Assembly: GCA_963790205.1 (NCBI GenBank)
Contig: CAWBNQ010000005.1
Coordinates: forward strand, 416,001-480,000
Reading direction: 5' to 3'
From: Nitrospirota bacterium
Lineage (GTDB): Bacteria; Nitrospirota; UBA9217
DNA: 64,000 nt
The notes below the pieces were generated by a model that worked only from the letters and a program-made list of their open reading frames with translations, had not been told where the DNA came from and made no database searches. Positions 49,011 to 58,231 of this stretch are shown in pieces. The position numbers and the translations under genes are program-made. How positions within the stretch are numbered: the stretch's first letter is position 1; every line of letters starts with the position of its first letter.

Positions 49011-50212
49011 GTACATTGTCAAATTAGTTCTTGCTAGTTAATGCTTTTCATGGCATACTCTTCCGTAAGGAGGTGTCCATGAGCCAAAAACAGTTTCTGG
49101 TCCAACTGAACGAACAGGAACGTCACCGGTTGCAACAGATCGTGCGGTCAGGCAAACACAAAGCGCGCAAAATCGCCCGATGCCGCGTCTTATTACTGGC
49201 TGATGGACCCACGGGCAAGACAGATCAAGAGATCTCCGATGCCTTGAACATCTGCCTGGCCACGATATTCAATATCAGGCGGCGTTACTCTCAGGAGGGA
49301 TTAGAACGCGCCATAGGTGAAGGGGCACGTTCCGGTCAGCCTCCGAAATTCAAAGGGAGAGCCTCAGCCAAGATCACGGCGATAGCTTGCAGCACTCCGC
49401 CGGACGGTCAAGCCCGCTGGACTTTGCGATTATTGGCTGATCGCATTGTAGAACTCAAGATCGTCGAGTCCATATCGCATCAAAGCGTAAGTAACATTCT
49501 AAAAAAAACGAACTCAAACCGCACTTAAAGAAACAATGGTGCATAGGGCTGATCACGGCTGAGTATCTCTGGCGCATGGAACAGGTTTTGGATATTTATG
49601 AACGCCCGTATGATCCGGATTATCCCGTTGTCTGTTTTGACGAACGGCCCTGTCAGCTCTTGGGCGATGTCCTGATGCCGATCCCCATGAAGCCTGGTCG
49701 GGTGGAGCGTCAGGATTATGAGTATAAGCGCAACGGAACCTGCGTGGTACTCATGGCCGTTGAACCGTTAGCCGGTCGCCGTGTTATAACAGTTACAGAA
49801 CGGAGAACCAAAAAAGATTACGCCGAATTTATGAAGGCATTAGCGGCGTCGTATCCGGAAGCCGAAAAAATCGTTCTGGTTCAGGACAACCTGAACACGC
49901 ATAATCCTTCATCGTTCTATGAAGCCTTTCCAGCCGCCGAAGCGTTTGCTTTGGCGCAGCGCTTTGAAATGGTTTATACGCCCAAGAAAGCCAGTTGGCT
50001 GAACATGGCCGAGATTGAATTGTCAGCTCTATCCAAGCAATGCCTGGACAGACGCATTGCCGAGATGAAGACGTTAGCCGCACAAGTAGGCAGCTGGACA
50101 AAACAGCGCAACCGGCTCAAAGCAGGCATTTCCTGGAACTTTACAAAGAACGATGCTCGAAACAAATTGAGCCGGCACTACGATACTATTAATAATTAAG
50201 TTTACAATGTAC
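49011..50212 (+). mobile_element. IS630-family insertion sequence
   Basis: TIRs GTACATTGT.../...ACAATGTAC, TA duplication (49009-49010, 50213-50214) in a CTAG target. Confidence 0.93.
49079..50199 (+). CDS. IS630 transposase, -1 frameshift at A8C (49501-49509)
   Basis: orfA HTH ...RWTLRLLA; frameshift yields KNELKPH; orfB CFDE...QDNLNTH...SWLNMAEIE. Confidence 0.9.
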
Positions 50213-50263
50213 TAGTTATTGCCTCGCTGCCCGTTTCTTCTGACGAGTTCAATATTCCCCGAA

Positions 50264-50800
50264 TTACCCGACCATCTTAATGCCTCTCAAAACGTACTGC
50301 ATGCCGGATGCTATCGTGACACCGGCCGTGGCCCACTGCAGAACGGTCATGATCCCCATTTCAGCCCCATAGTTCATCAGAACCAGTGACAGCGTCACCA
50401 CGATAAGCTGCATAAGCGTCGTCAGCTTACCGATCAAAGACGGCTGGATCTTCAGCGTATGGGTCATGACATAAATGATCAGGCTGCCCATGGCAAGAAT
50501 CGCATCCCTGCTCACCACAATGATGACCAGCCATACCGGCAATTTTCCGAGAAACACCAGAGTTACAAAAGCCGAAAGGATAAGCAGCTTGTCGGCCATA
50601 GGATCAAGGAACGCGCCCAGCTCTGTCTTCTTCCCCGTAAGCCGGGCGATCATGCCGTCAAGCGCATCGGTTACGCCGGCTACCACAAAGACCAGGAGAG
50701 CCTCCCGGTAGTATCCGTAGATCATAAGGTTTATAAAAAACGGAATCAGTATCACCCTGAAGAGGGTGATATAATTGGGCAGGTTCACGGCTAACTCCAT
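50264..50800 (-). CDS. pgsA: CDP-alcohol phosphatidyltransferase (PgsA-like)
   Basis: NLPNYITLFR, TDALDGMIAR...GAFLDPMADK. Confidence 0.88.
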   Translation of the reverse strand: MELAVNLPNYITLFRVILIPFFINLMIYGYYREALLVFVVAGVTDALDGMIARLTGKKTELGAFLDPMADKLLILSAFVTLVFLGKLPVWLVIIVVSRDAILAMGSLIIYVMTHTLKIQPSLIGKLTTLMQLIVVTLSLVLMNYGAEMGIMTVLQWATAGVTIASGMQYVLRGIKMVG

Positions 50801-50952
50801 CGTAGTGACGAACAAAAAATATGGTACAATGATAACATATTTACTTGTATAGTCAACCTTTTTCTTTTTGGTTTTCTGGGATTCTCGTGTTTCATGAATA
50901 GGTTGATTGACGGAAAAGCAGAAAAGCATATGAGCAGAACGATACACGAGAG

Positions 50953-51027
50953 TGGAGCCGGCGAGTGGGATTGAACCACCGACCTGCTGATTACGAATCA
51001 GCTGCTCTACCACTGAGCTACGCCGGC
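50953..51027 (-). tRNA. tRNA-Thr(CGT)
   Basis: GCCGGCGTAGCTCAGTGGTAGAGCAGCTGATT-CGT-AATCAGCAGGTCGGTGGTTCAATCCCACTCGCCGGCTCCA; encoded CCA. Confidence 0.98.
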
Positions 51028-51206
51028 ACTGAACAGATTACGGCAGGTTGCAGGAGACCGTTGTTTATACAATAATTCAGCTTAGTATGTCAAGGTTATT
51101 TTACCTTCTGCTCTTGCGGCGCTGGAATAAAGACGGGAATGCAAAGAGAGAGTGCTGCCTACATGATCGGTTTCAGTGACGGCATGGTCCTCGACACTCG
51201 ATAGAA

Positions 51207-51512
51207 TCAAGTCGCGAGGCCGGGGGAACCGTGTGAACGGATGCCCTTCGGATTGTCAGGATGGTTCGGATTCTCCGCTACCCTGCCGATGGCCTCGACC
51301 ACCGCAGTTTCAACCATGAGCCATGGAGAACCGGTTTCCATCTTTTCTTCCTTGTCGACGTAATAGTGAGGAGGCAAATAGTTCAACGCTATGGCCGTGA
51401 TGTCGTTCATGCACCTTGGACAAGAACAGACATTGGAGTATCGTTCTTTTAAAAATCTGTCCATGACGGCTGTGACGCGTTCATAGTTCGCATTTTTTAC
51501 GCTAAAATCCAT
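51207..51512 (-). CDS. Late competence development ComFB family protein
   Basis: KNANYE...CSCPRCMNDITAIALNYLPPHY...VAENPNH. Confidence 0.87.
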   Translation of the reverse strand: MDFSVKNANYERVTAVMDRFLKERYSNVCSCPRCMNDITAIALNYLPPHYYVDKEEKMETGSPWLMVETAVVEAIGRVAENPNHPDNPKGIRSHGSPGLAT

Positions 51513-51759
51513 ATCCCCTCACAAAACCATTTTATCATAAAATAATATTTTTTTGCAAAAAAATATTAGATAATGGTCAACAAATAAGCGCATGCGCATA
51601 ATGATTGATTTACCTGTGACTCGATGCGAAATCAATAGGGGCGCTGTGCGAGGGGATCAATGTGAACTGGGTCCACCGGACCTTCTCCCCCGTAGATCAG
51701 ACCATAACAGTTGTTTATCCCGTTGTTTTTTATTCATGATTGGTTTATACTCGTCGATT

Positions 51760-54453
51760 ATGAACATGATTGGCAGCGAAAGCGGCCCTCATAAGCCCGA
51801 GCTCTATGTTATAGACGGGAATTCCTATATCTACCGCGCTTTTTATGCGATCAGGAACCTGTCCACGTCTTCCGGTCTGCCCACGAACGCCGTGTTCGGC
51901 TTCGTGAATATGCTTCTGAAAGTAATCAAGGAAAAGTCGCCGGATATGGTCGCTATCGCCTTTGATCCTAAAGGTCCTACCCGCAGACATACCGAGTTCC
52001 AAGACTATAAGGCGCACCGGCCGCCCATGCCCCGGGACCTCATTCCGCAGATACCCTATATCCACAAACTCGTCGAGGCCTTTCGCATCCCTGTCTTCAT
52101 CCAGGAAGGCCAGGAGGCAGATGATGTGATTGCCACGCTGGCACGCAGGGCCGAGTCGGCCGGCATCGAGGTCACGGTCGTCACCGGCGACAAGGACCTT
52201 CTCCAGCTCGTGGGCACGAACATCAAGGTCTACGACACGCTCAAGGAGAAAGTTTACGGGCCCAAAGACGTCGAGGAGCGGTTCGGCGTACCGCCGGAGG
52301 GCATGGTCGAGATCATGGGGCTTATGGGAGACGCGTCAGACAATATACCGGGCGTGCCTGGGGTCGGCGAGAAGACCGCCCGGACGCTCATTCAGGAGTT
52401 CGGTACCATCGACAATCTGCTTGCACACGCGCACGCGATCACAAAACCCAAGCTCAGACAGTCGCTCATGGAGAATGCGCACTTGGCGCGTCTGAGCCGT
52501 GACCTTGCCCGGCTTCACAACGACGTGCCGATCCAGGTCGATTACGATGCCCTCAAAGTCAAGGAACCGGACAGTTCCGTCCTGCTCGCGCTTTTGCGCA
52601 AACTCGAGTTCCCCTCACTGCTCAGATATGTGACTCAGGAACCGGAGAAAGAAAAGCACTACGTTACCGTGCTCGATGAGTCGCAGTTGCTAAACCTGGT
52701 AGACGCTCTTTCAACGGCCGGGGAATTCTGTTTCGATACCGAGACGACGTCTCTCGACCCCATGCAAGCGGATCTTGTCGGCATTTCCTTTTCTGTCAAA
52801 CCCCATGATGCATTTTATCTACCAATCGGCCACGCCTACCCGGAAGCGCCGAAGCAGATCAGCCTGGAACACGTTCTGACAGCTCTCACGCCTGTCTTCG
52901 CGGACCCCGCGATCAGAAAGATCGGCCAGAACATGAAATACGACCTGCTCGTGCTGGGTCATTACGGCATGGAGGTAAAAGGCGTATATTTCGACACCAT
53001 GATTGCCTCCTACCTCCTGAACCCGGGCAGGCCTTCTCAGGGTCTTGATGCCCTGGCACTCGAGTTTTTGAACTACAAAACTACGACCTACGCCGACGTA
53101 ACGGGCTCCGGGAAAAAGCAGATCGATTTTCATGAAGTCGACATCAAAACAGCCGCGGATTATTCGGGTGAGGACGCCGACGTCGCACTCAGGCTGAAAC
53201 AGCTCCTGGCGCCAAAACTCAAGGAGCAGAACCTCGAGAAGCTCTTCCATGACATGGAGATGCCGCTCATGGAGGTCCTTGTCGATATGGAGCGGACGGG
53301 CGTAAAGATCGACGCCGGATTTTTAGCAGTGTTGTCGAAACGCCTCGAAAAGGAGACTGCGAAAATCATCGAAACCATATACGAGCTTGCCGGGACAGAG
53401 TTCAACATCAACTCGACGAAGCAGCTCGCGGACATCCTGTTCGGGAAGCTCCAGCTCACGCCGACCAAAAGGACCAAGACGGGCTTTTCCACGAACGTCG
53501 ATGTGCTCGAGGAACTGGCACACCTTCATCCCTTGCCTGCTGAGATCCTGAAATACCGCACGCTCTCCAAGCTCAAATCGACCTATATCGACGCCCTTCC
53601 GGCCATGATCAATCCGAGGACGGGCAGGCTCCACACCTCGTTCAATCAGGCCGTGACCGCCACCGGCAGGCTGTCAAGCAGCGACCCCAACCTCCAGAAC
53701 ATCCCCATCCGCACCGAGGTGGGAAGGGAGATCAGGCAGGCGTTTATTGCCGAGAGCGGGGCAAGCCTCCTCTCCGCCGATTACTCGCAGATCGAGCTTC
53801 GTGTTCTTGCGCACATGAGCGCTGATCCGGGTCTCATCCAGACCTTTATCGAGAACCAGGACGTCCATACACGCACCGCGTCGGAGATCTTCGGACTCCC
53901 CCCGGACGAGATAACGCCTGAGATGCGGCGCAAGGCAAAGGCCGTGAACTTCGGCATCGTTTACGGCATCTCCGCCTTCGGACTTGCCCAGGACATCGGC
54001 GTATCGAACTCCGAGGCAAAGCGCTACATCGATAGCTATTTCTCCCGTTATCCCAGGGTGCGGGAATTTATCGATACAACCGTTCAGAACGCCAAGGTAA
54101 ACGGCTACGTAATGACGTTATTCGGAAGACGGCGTTTCATCCCCGAGCTCTCATCGTCGGCTGTTGCGGTCCGAAACTTCGGCGAGCGCACCGCAGTGAA
54201 CACTCCCATCCAGGGTACGGCCGCCGACCTCATCAAGCTCGCAATGATCCATATTCAGCAGCGGCTCTTCCGAGAAAAGCTGCGATCAAAGATGATCCTG
54301 CAGGTGCATGATGAACTGGTGTTCGAGGTGCGCGATGACGAGATCGGACTCATGAAAAAGCTCGTGCGAGAAGAGATGGAGGGCGTGGTCCAGCTCGCCG
54401 TGCCTGTCCGTGTGGACATGAGCGTAGGCAAAAACTGGGATGAGGCGCACTGA
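51760..54453 (+). CDS. polA: DNA polymerase I
   Basis: IDGNSYIYRAFY, EADDVI, GDASDNIPGV, DTETT, TGRLSSSDPNLQNIP, DYSQIELR, QVHDEL; start uncertain. Confidence 0.99.
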   Translation: MNMIGSESGPHKPELYVIDGNSYIYRAFYAIRNLSTSSGLPTNAVFGFVNMLLKVIKEKSPDMVAIAFDPKGPTRRHTEFQDYKAHRPPMPRDLIPQIPYIHKLVEAFRIPVFIQEGQEADDVIATLARRAESAGIEVTVVTGDKDLLQLVGTNIKVYDTLKEKVYGPKDVEERFGVPPEGMVEIMGLMGDASDNIPGVPGVGEKTARTLIQEFGTIDNLLAHAHAITKPKLRQSLMENAHLARLSRDLARLHNDVPIQVDYDALKVKEPDSSVLLALLRKLEFPSLLRYVTQEPEKEKHYVTVLDESQLLNLVDALSTAGEFCFDTETTSLDPMQADLVGISFSVKPHDAFYLPIGHAYPEAPKQISLEHVLTALTPVFADPAIRKIGQNMKYDLLVLGHYGMEVKGVYFDTMIASYLLNPGRPSQGLDALALEFLNYKTTTYADVTGSGKKQIDFHEVDIKTAADYSGEDADVALRLKQLLAPKLKEQNLEKLFHDMEMPLMEVLVDMERTGVKIDAGFLAVLSKRLEKETAKIIETIYELAGTEFNINSTKQLADILFGKLQLTPTKRTKTGFSTNVDVLEELAHLHPLPAEILKYRTLSKLKSTYIDALPAMINPRTGRLHTSFNQAVTATGRLSSSDPNLQNIPIRTEVGREIRQAFIAESGASLLSADYSQIELRVLAHMSADPGLIQTFIENQDVHTRTASEIFGLPPDEITPEMRRKAKAVNFGIVYGISAFGLAQDIGVSNSEAKRYIDSYFSRYPRVREFIDTTVQNAKVNGYVMTLFGRRRFIPELSSSAVAVRNFGERTAVNTPIQGTAADLIKLAMIHIQQRLFREKLRSKMILQVHDELVFEVRDDEIGLMKKLVREEMEGVVQLAVPVRVDMSVGKNWDEAH

Positions 54454-54523
54454 AGCAGCAGAGGGCAAAGCCGGGACCTCCAAGCTTATACTTTATACAT
54501 CCTGCGCTCTGCTCTTTTCGTCC

Positions 54524-57500
54524 CTATTTGAACTCAAACCGGTATTTAATATCCGCTCCCGTATTCCCCACTTCGGTCCGTTCTCCCACAAGGGAGAAAT
54601 GTCTGGTCAAGACATACTCGATGTTGAAAATCTGATCAGGCGTGCTCGCCCCCACATTTGAAGAATAAGTAACGTAGAGCCTGTCCTGGACAAGCTCCTT
54701 TCCCACTGTTACCCGCGGCACGGACGTGTCGCGGGTGCTCACGTAAGGATCGACCTGGAAACGGTCGAGCCCGGTCAGGCTCCGCGCGCGGCTCTCGAAC
54801 ATGTCCTGGAACTGTCCGGTGGCGAAAGAGGCCGCTTCGCTCATACCCACTCCGGATTCCCTGCCTTTCAGCTCAGTGCTGGTCCTTCCCAGCGCAAGGA
54901 GCGAAAGGATGTCCGAATCGGGCAATGACGGGTCCGACAGGAGCGTTACAACAGCCCGATCCGCGGTACCGGAAACCGCCAGCCGGATTCTATAGTCACG
55001 CACTTGGATCTCTGCCTGAATGTCCAGAACGGGATTCATGCGGTTCGGGTCCACGAAATCCGCTGACGCGCTGAGGATCCTGAATTCGTTTTTCCGGAAG
55101 TACACCAGGCCCTGCCGGGCCTCGACCCTGCCCAGGAGTTGCGGATGATTCACCGTGCCGCGGAGGAACATATCCACGTCCAGGGGTATTTTGGCAAGGT
55201 TGTTCTGGAGCAGAATACTGTCCTTGCCATGAAACCGAATGTTGATCTGCGTATCTCCGATCCAGGCGACTTCCGTCTTTTTTTTCTGATACAGCCCCTT
55301 CCCGATATCAACGAGCATGCTCTTCCACTCAACCCGTTTGTCATACCGGGCGCGTTTGATCATCACATCGCCGGTCAGGGACTGCTCCGAGGCACCGCCG
55401 TCATAATAAAGGTCGCCGGACAGGGTCGAGGTAAGGCCTTCAGGATAGCGGACCGTCACGTTCTCGAATGAGGTCTTCAGAGAAAAATCCTGGAGAGCAA
55501 GGCCGGCAAGCTGCGCCCATCCTGATGCGCTCAGGGTGCCGCCGCCTGCCTCGCCGGTCAGGGAGTCGACAACGATCCTGTTCTGGCCGAAGGTGAGCTT
55601 TCCCTGCAAGGCGGTAAATTTTTGAGGAATGTCCTTTATCTTGACCTCTCCGTTCTTGATGCGCAGTTCCCCTCCAATCTCGGGGCTCTTCCATGCATCC
55701 TGGACCGTGAGCTTCACCTCGGCGGTCCCGTCTCCATGCTCGACTTCACGATACAGGATACGGAGAAGTGAAAGGTGTGCCGTGCCGGTGAACGAGAAAT
55801 CCAGGTCCTTCATGAGTCTCGCGCCACCGGTGACGGCGAGTCTTGTACCGGGGCCCTTGAAGTTAAGCGCGGAGATACTGAGCCGGCCCGCCCGGACGGC
55901 AACGGCCGCCTCGCCGTCATTATCGATCCGGTAGTCACCCATCACGAGACTGAGCCGTTTGAACGACGCAGTGCCGAAAAGTGTGGCGAGGTCCGTACCG
56001 TTGCCCCGTGCGAACAGACTGCCGTCCGCGCTCAAGCGGGTGCGTCCAAAGAGGTCCTTTTTCCCCAACGCGACAAAGGGATCGATTGTGTCGGAGTTTA
56101 TCGTTGCCTGCACGCTCCAGCCATAGGGTTTGCTCAGACCCAGTTGGGCCGTCATAACCGCCCGGTCATCTGCAAGCTGCGTCCTGCAGCTGAGCACGCC
56201 GTCGGCGATCTCAAGTTCCGCCGTGAGGCTGCCCAGAGTGGTTTGATTGTAGAAGAACTCATCCGTATCGAACGATGCCGTCACGCGGGGATGAGAGAAG
56301 CTTCCTGATGATACGATATCGAGGTTGAAGTGTCCATCAACGGGCATGCCGGCCAGATGGTCGATTTCGCCGAGCTTAACGCCGCTGCTCTCGACATGCG
56401 CAGAATAGCTGCCGTCGAAACCTATCCACCCGGTGCCTTGCACGGCGCCGCTCCCTTTGGTCAAATGAACTTGTGGAAAGGAGATCCTGTCTCTGGTGAG
56501 AGAAGCGGTGATCGTACCCCGATTAAAAGATTCTCCGTAAGCGCTGCCGGACTCGATTGTGAGTCTGCCGCTCCCGGTAAAGTCTTGCCGGGTACCGTTG
56601 AACGTCAATTCCCCGGTGGACGGCAGGTGAAGCGGGATCGGCTTATAAAAAAGGGCCACGATGTTTCCCACCTCCGCCTGGATGACCTTGAGCCGGGCCG
56701 CGAAGAGCGGCTCCTTGTTCATAAGGTCAACGGACCCGTCGAACAGGTAGCGGGATGTCTGCTGGTGGATATCTGCGGATATGAGACTGATCTTTTTGTC
56801 GCGATACTGGAGCCTTCCTTCTGCCTTATCGAACAAGACACCGCGAATGGTCAGCGGTCCTGCCGATACAACACCGTCGAAAAGGGGCGCTTCGAACGCG
56901 CCGGTAAGATATCCTTTGACGCTGATCCTGCCTTCAAGCGGCATTGACGTCAGAAACGAGAGGGTCCGGCCCATATCATTGGACCCGGCCGTCAGTTCTG
57001 CGTCGAATCCGCGCTGAGGATCGGCCCGCCCTCTAATTCGGACCGACAGGTCGCCGGCCAGGATATCGAAGCGTTTTATATCCAGTCCCCGCTCGCTGTA
57101 GCCAAGGGCCGCATTGATGCTCTCGACGATGATGCTCGTATTGCCGCGGGTAAGCTTCCATTTCTCGCCGGTAAGCATCAAACTCTTATTTCCGTAGCCG
57201 AAGGACAGGACGGCATCCTGAAGCTGCATCCCCTGATACGAAATGCCGGAGAATTTGAGCGTCCCCTCGATGGATGGATTCAGCATATGCCCGCGGACGG
57301 ATACCGAAGCATCGACGTGCGGTCCCTGTTCTTTTTTGACGGGCTTCAGGAAATCGGTAAATCTTCCCAGCGTCTGCGGACCGGACCGTACCTTGAGCCG
57401 AAGATTCAACAATGCATCCGGCAGGGGCCCTATGTCGCCTGAGAGCGAAATTGCCGTGTCCGCGGACGTGAGCTCCGTAGAATCCAGGTAAAGCCGGCCA

Positions 57501-58150
57501 TTCTCATACCGGACAGCCGCCCTTAAAAAACCTGACAGCTCTGGATACGCAGGGGCAGTCATGTGAATAACAGAATTTTTAAGGGCGACCTTCATGCTGT
57601 CGCCCCCCAAACTGATCGCCGTGCTTACTTGAAGCTGCGACACTTCCACATGCGTCGATGTCAGGCCATCATCATAGGAAATTCCGCCCTGGTTGACGGT
57701 AACGGTGCGCAGGACGAGCCTGAAGTCCGAGGGAGCCTCGGCCTGCACGCGACCGATATTTTTTTTGATCCGGTCGACGATCGGAGTGATATTAAACGCA
57801 CCATCCATTGTCCGCTCGACGAAAAGGCGGGGTTCGAAAATCGAGATCGAGGACAGTCTGATCTTTTTCAAGACGAGCGGCAGGGGGTCGATATACACCT
57901 TGATTTTTCGAATTGCCACAGTCTGCCTACCCCGCTCGTCGAGGAGAGAAATGTCCCGTGCTTCAAGATACATGGGTATGAAATTTGCTTGCACCCATCC
58001 GATTTCTACATCACTGCCAAGCACCGCTTTGAGACGGGCAACAACCAGGGGCCTGATCCGAAGCGCAAAAGAATCGCTCTGAACGTAGAACTCGACCGTT
58101 GCGAGCAGAACAAAAATGACAGTTGATATGATGATAATAAACTTCTTCAT
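54524..58150 (-). CDS. tamB: TamB/AsmA-like translocation and assembly module protein
   Basis: N-terminal anchor, long beta-rich body, C-terminal DUF490-like LLSDPSLPDSDILSLL...GADIKYRFEFK. Confidence 0.85.
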   Translation of the reverse strand: MKKFIIIISTVIFVLLATVEFYVQSDSFALRIRPLVVARLKAVLGSDVEIGWVQANFIPMYLEARDISLLDERGRQTVAIRKIKVYIDPLPLVLKKIRLSSISIFEPRLFVERTMDGAFNITPIVDRIKKNIGRVQAEAPSDFRLVLRTVTVNQGGISYDDGLTSTHVEVSQLQVSTAISLGGDSMKVALKNSVIHMTAPAYPELSGFLRAAVRYENGRLYLDSTELTSADTAISLSGDIGPLPDALLNLRLKVRSGPQTLGRFTDFLKPVKKEQGPHVDASVSVRGHMLNPSIEGTLKFSGISYQGMQLQDAVLSFGYGNKSLMLTGEKWKLTRGNTSIIVESINAALGYSERGLDIKRFDILAGDLSVRIRGRADPQRGFDAELTAGSNDMGRTLSFLTSMPLEGRISVKGYLTGAFEAPLFDGVVSAGPLTIRGVLFDKAEGRLQYRDKKISLISADIHQQTSRYLFDGSVDLMNKEPLFAARLKVIQAEVGNIVALFYKPIPLHLPSTGELTFNGTRQDFTGSGRLTIESGSAYGESFNRGTITASLTRDRISFPQVHLTKGSGAVQGTGWIGFDGSYSAHVESSGVKLGEIDHLAGMPVDGHFNLDIVSSGSFSHPRVTASFDTDEFFYNQTTLGSLTAELEIADGVLSCRTQLADDRAVMTAQLGLSKPYGWSVQATINSDTIDPFVALGKKDLFGRTRLSADGSLFARGNGTDLATLFGTASFKRLSLVMGDYRIDNDGEAAVAVRAGRLSISALNFKGPGTRLAVTGGARLMKDLDFSFTGTAHLSLLRILYREVEHGDGTAEVKLTVQDAWKSPEIGGELRIKNGEVKIKDIPQKFTALQGKLTFGQNRIVVDSLTGEAGGGTLSASGWAQLAGLALQDFSLKTSFENVTVRYPEGLTSTLSGDLYYDGGASEQSLTGDVMIKRARYDKRVEWKSMLVDIGKGLYQKKKTEVAWIGDTQINIRFHGKDSILLQNNLAKIPLDVDMFLRGTVNHPQLLGRVEARQGLVYFRKNEFRILSASADFVDPNRMNPVLDIQAEIQVRDYRIRLAVSGTADRAVVTLLSDPSLPDSDILSLLALGRTSTELKGRESGVGMSEAASFATGQFQDMFESRARSLTGLDRFQVDPYVSTRDTSVPRVTVGKELVQDRLYVTYSSNVGASTPDQIFNIEYVLTRHFSLVGERTEVGNTGADIKYRFEFK

Positions 58151-58231
58151 AAAAATCAAACGCTACGTAATAAACAAATATCCCTTCTCCTTAATTTTAC
58201 GTCCCTCGCCCTCTCAATCCTCTTCATGTCT

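Noticed and set aside
49501..49509. IS630 split as pseudogene or assembly error
   Set aside because: A-run slippery site before NELKP is typical of frameshift-expressed IS630 transposases
50953..51027. tRNA-Thr as prophage/island attachment site
   Set aside because: No integrase and no duplicated tRNA 3' end seen; flanks are housekeeping genes
51590..51759. ncRNA or N-terminal extension upstream of polA
   Set aside because: Weak hairpins only, no recognised family; translated extension is not PolA-like
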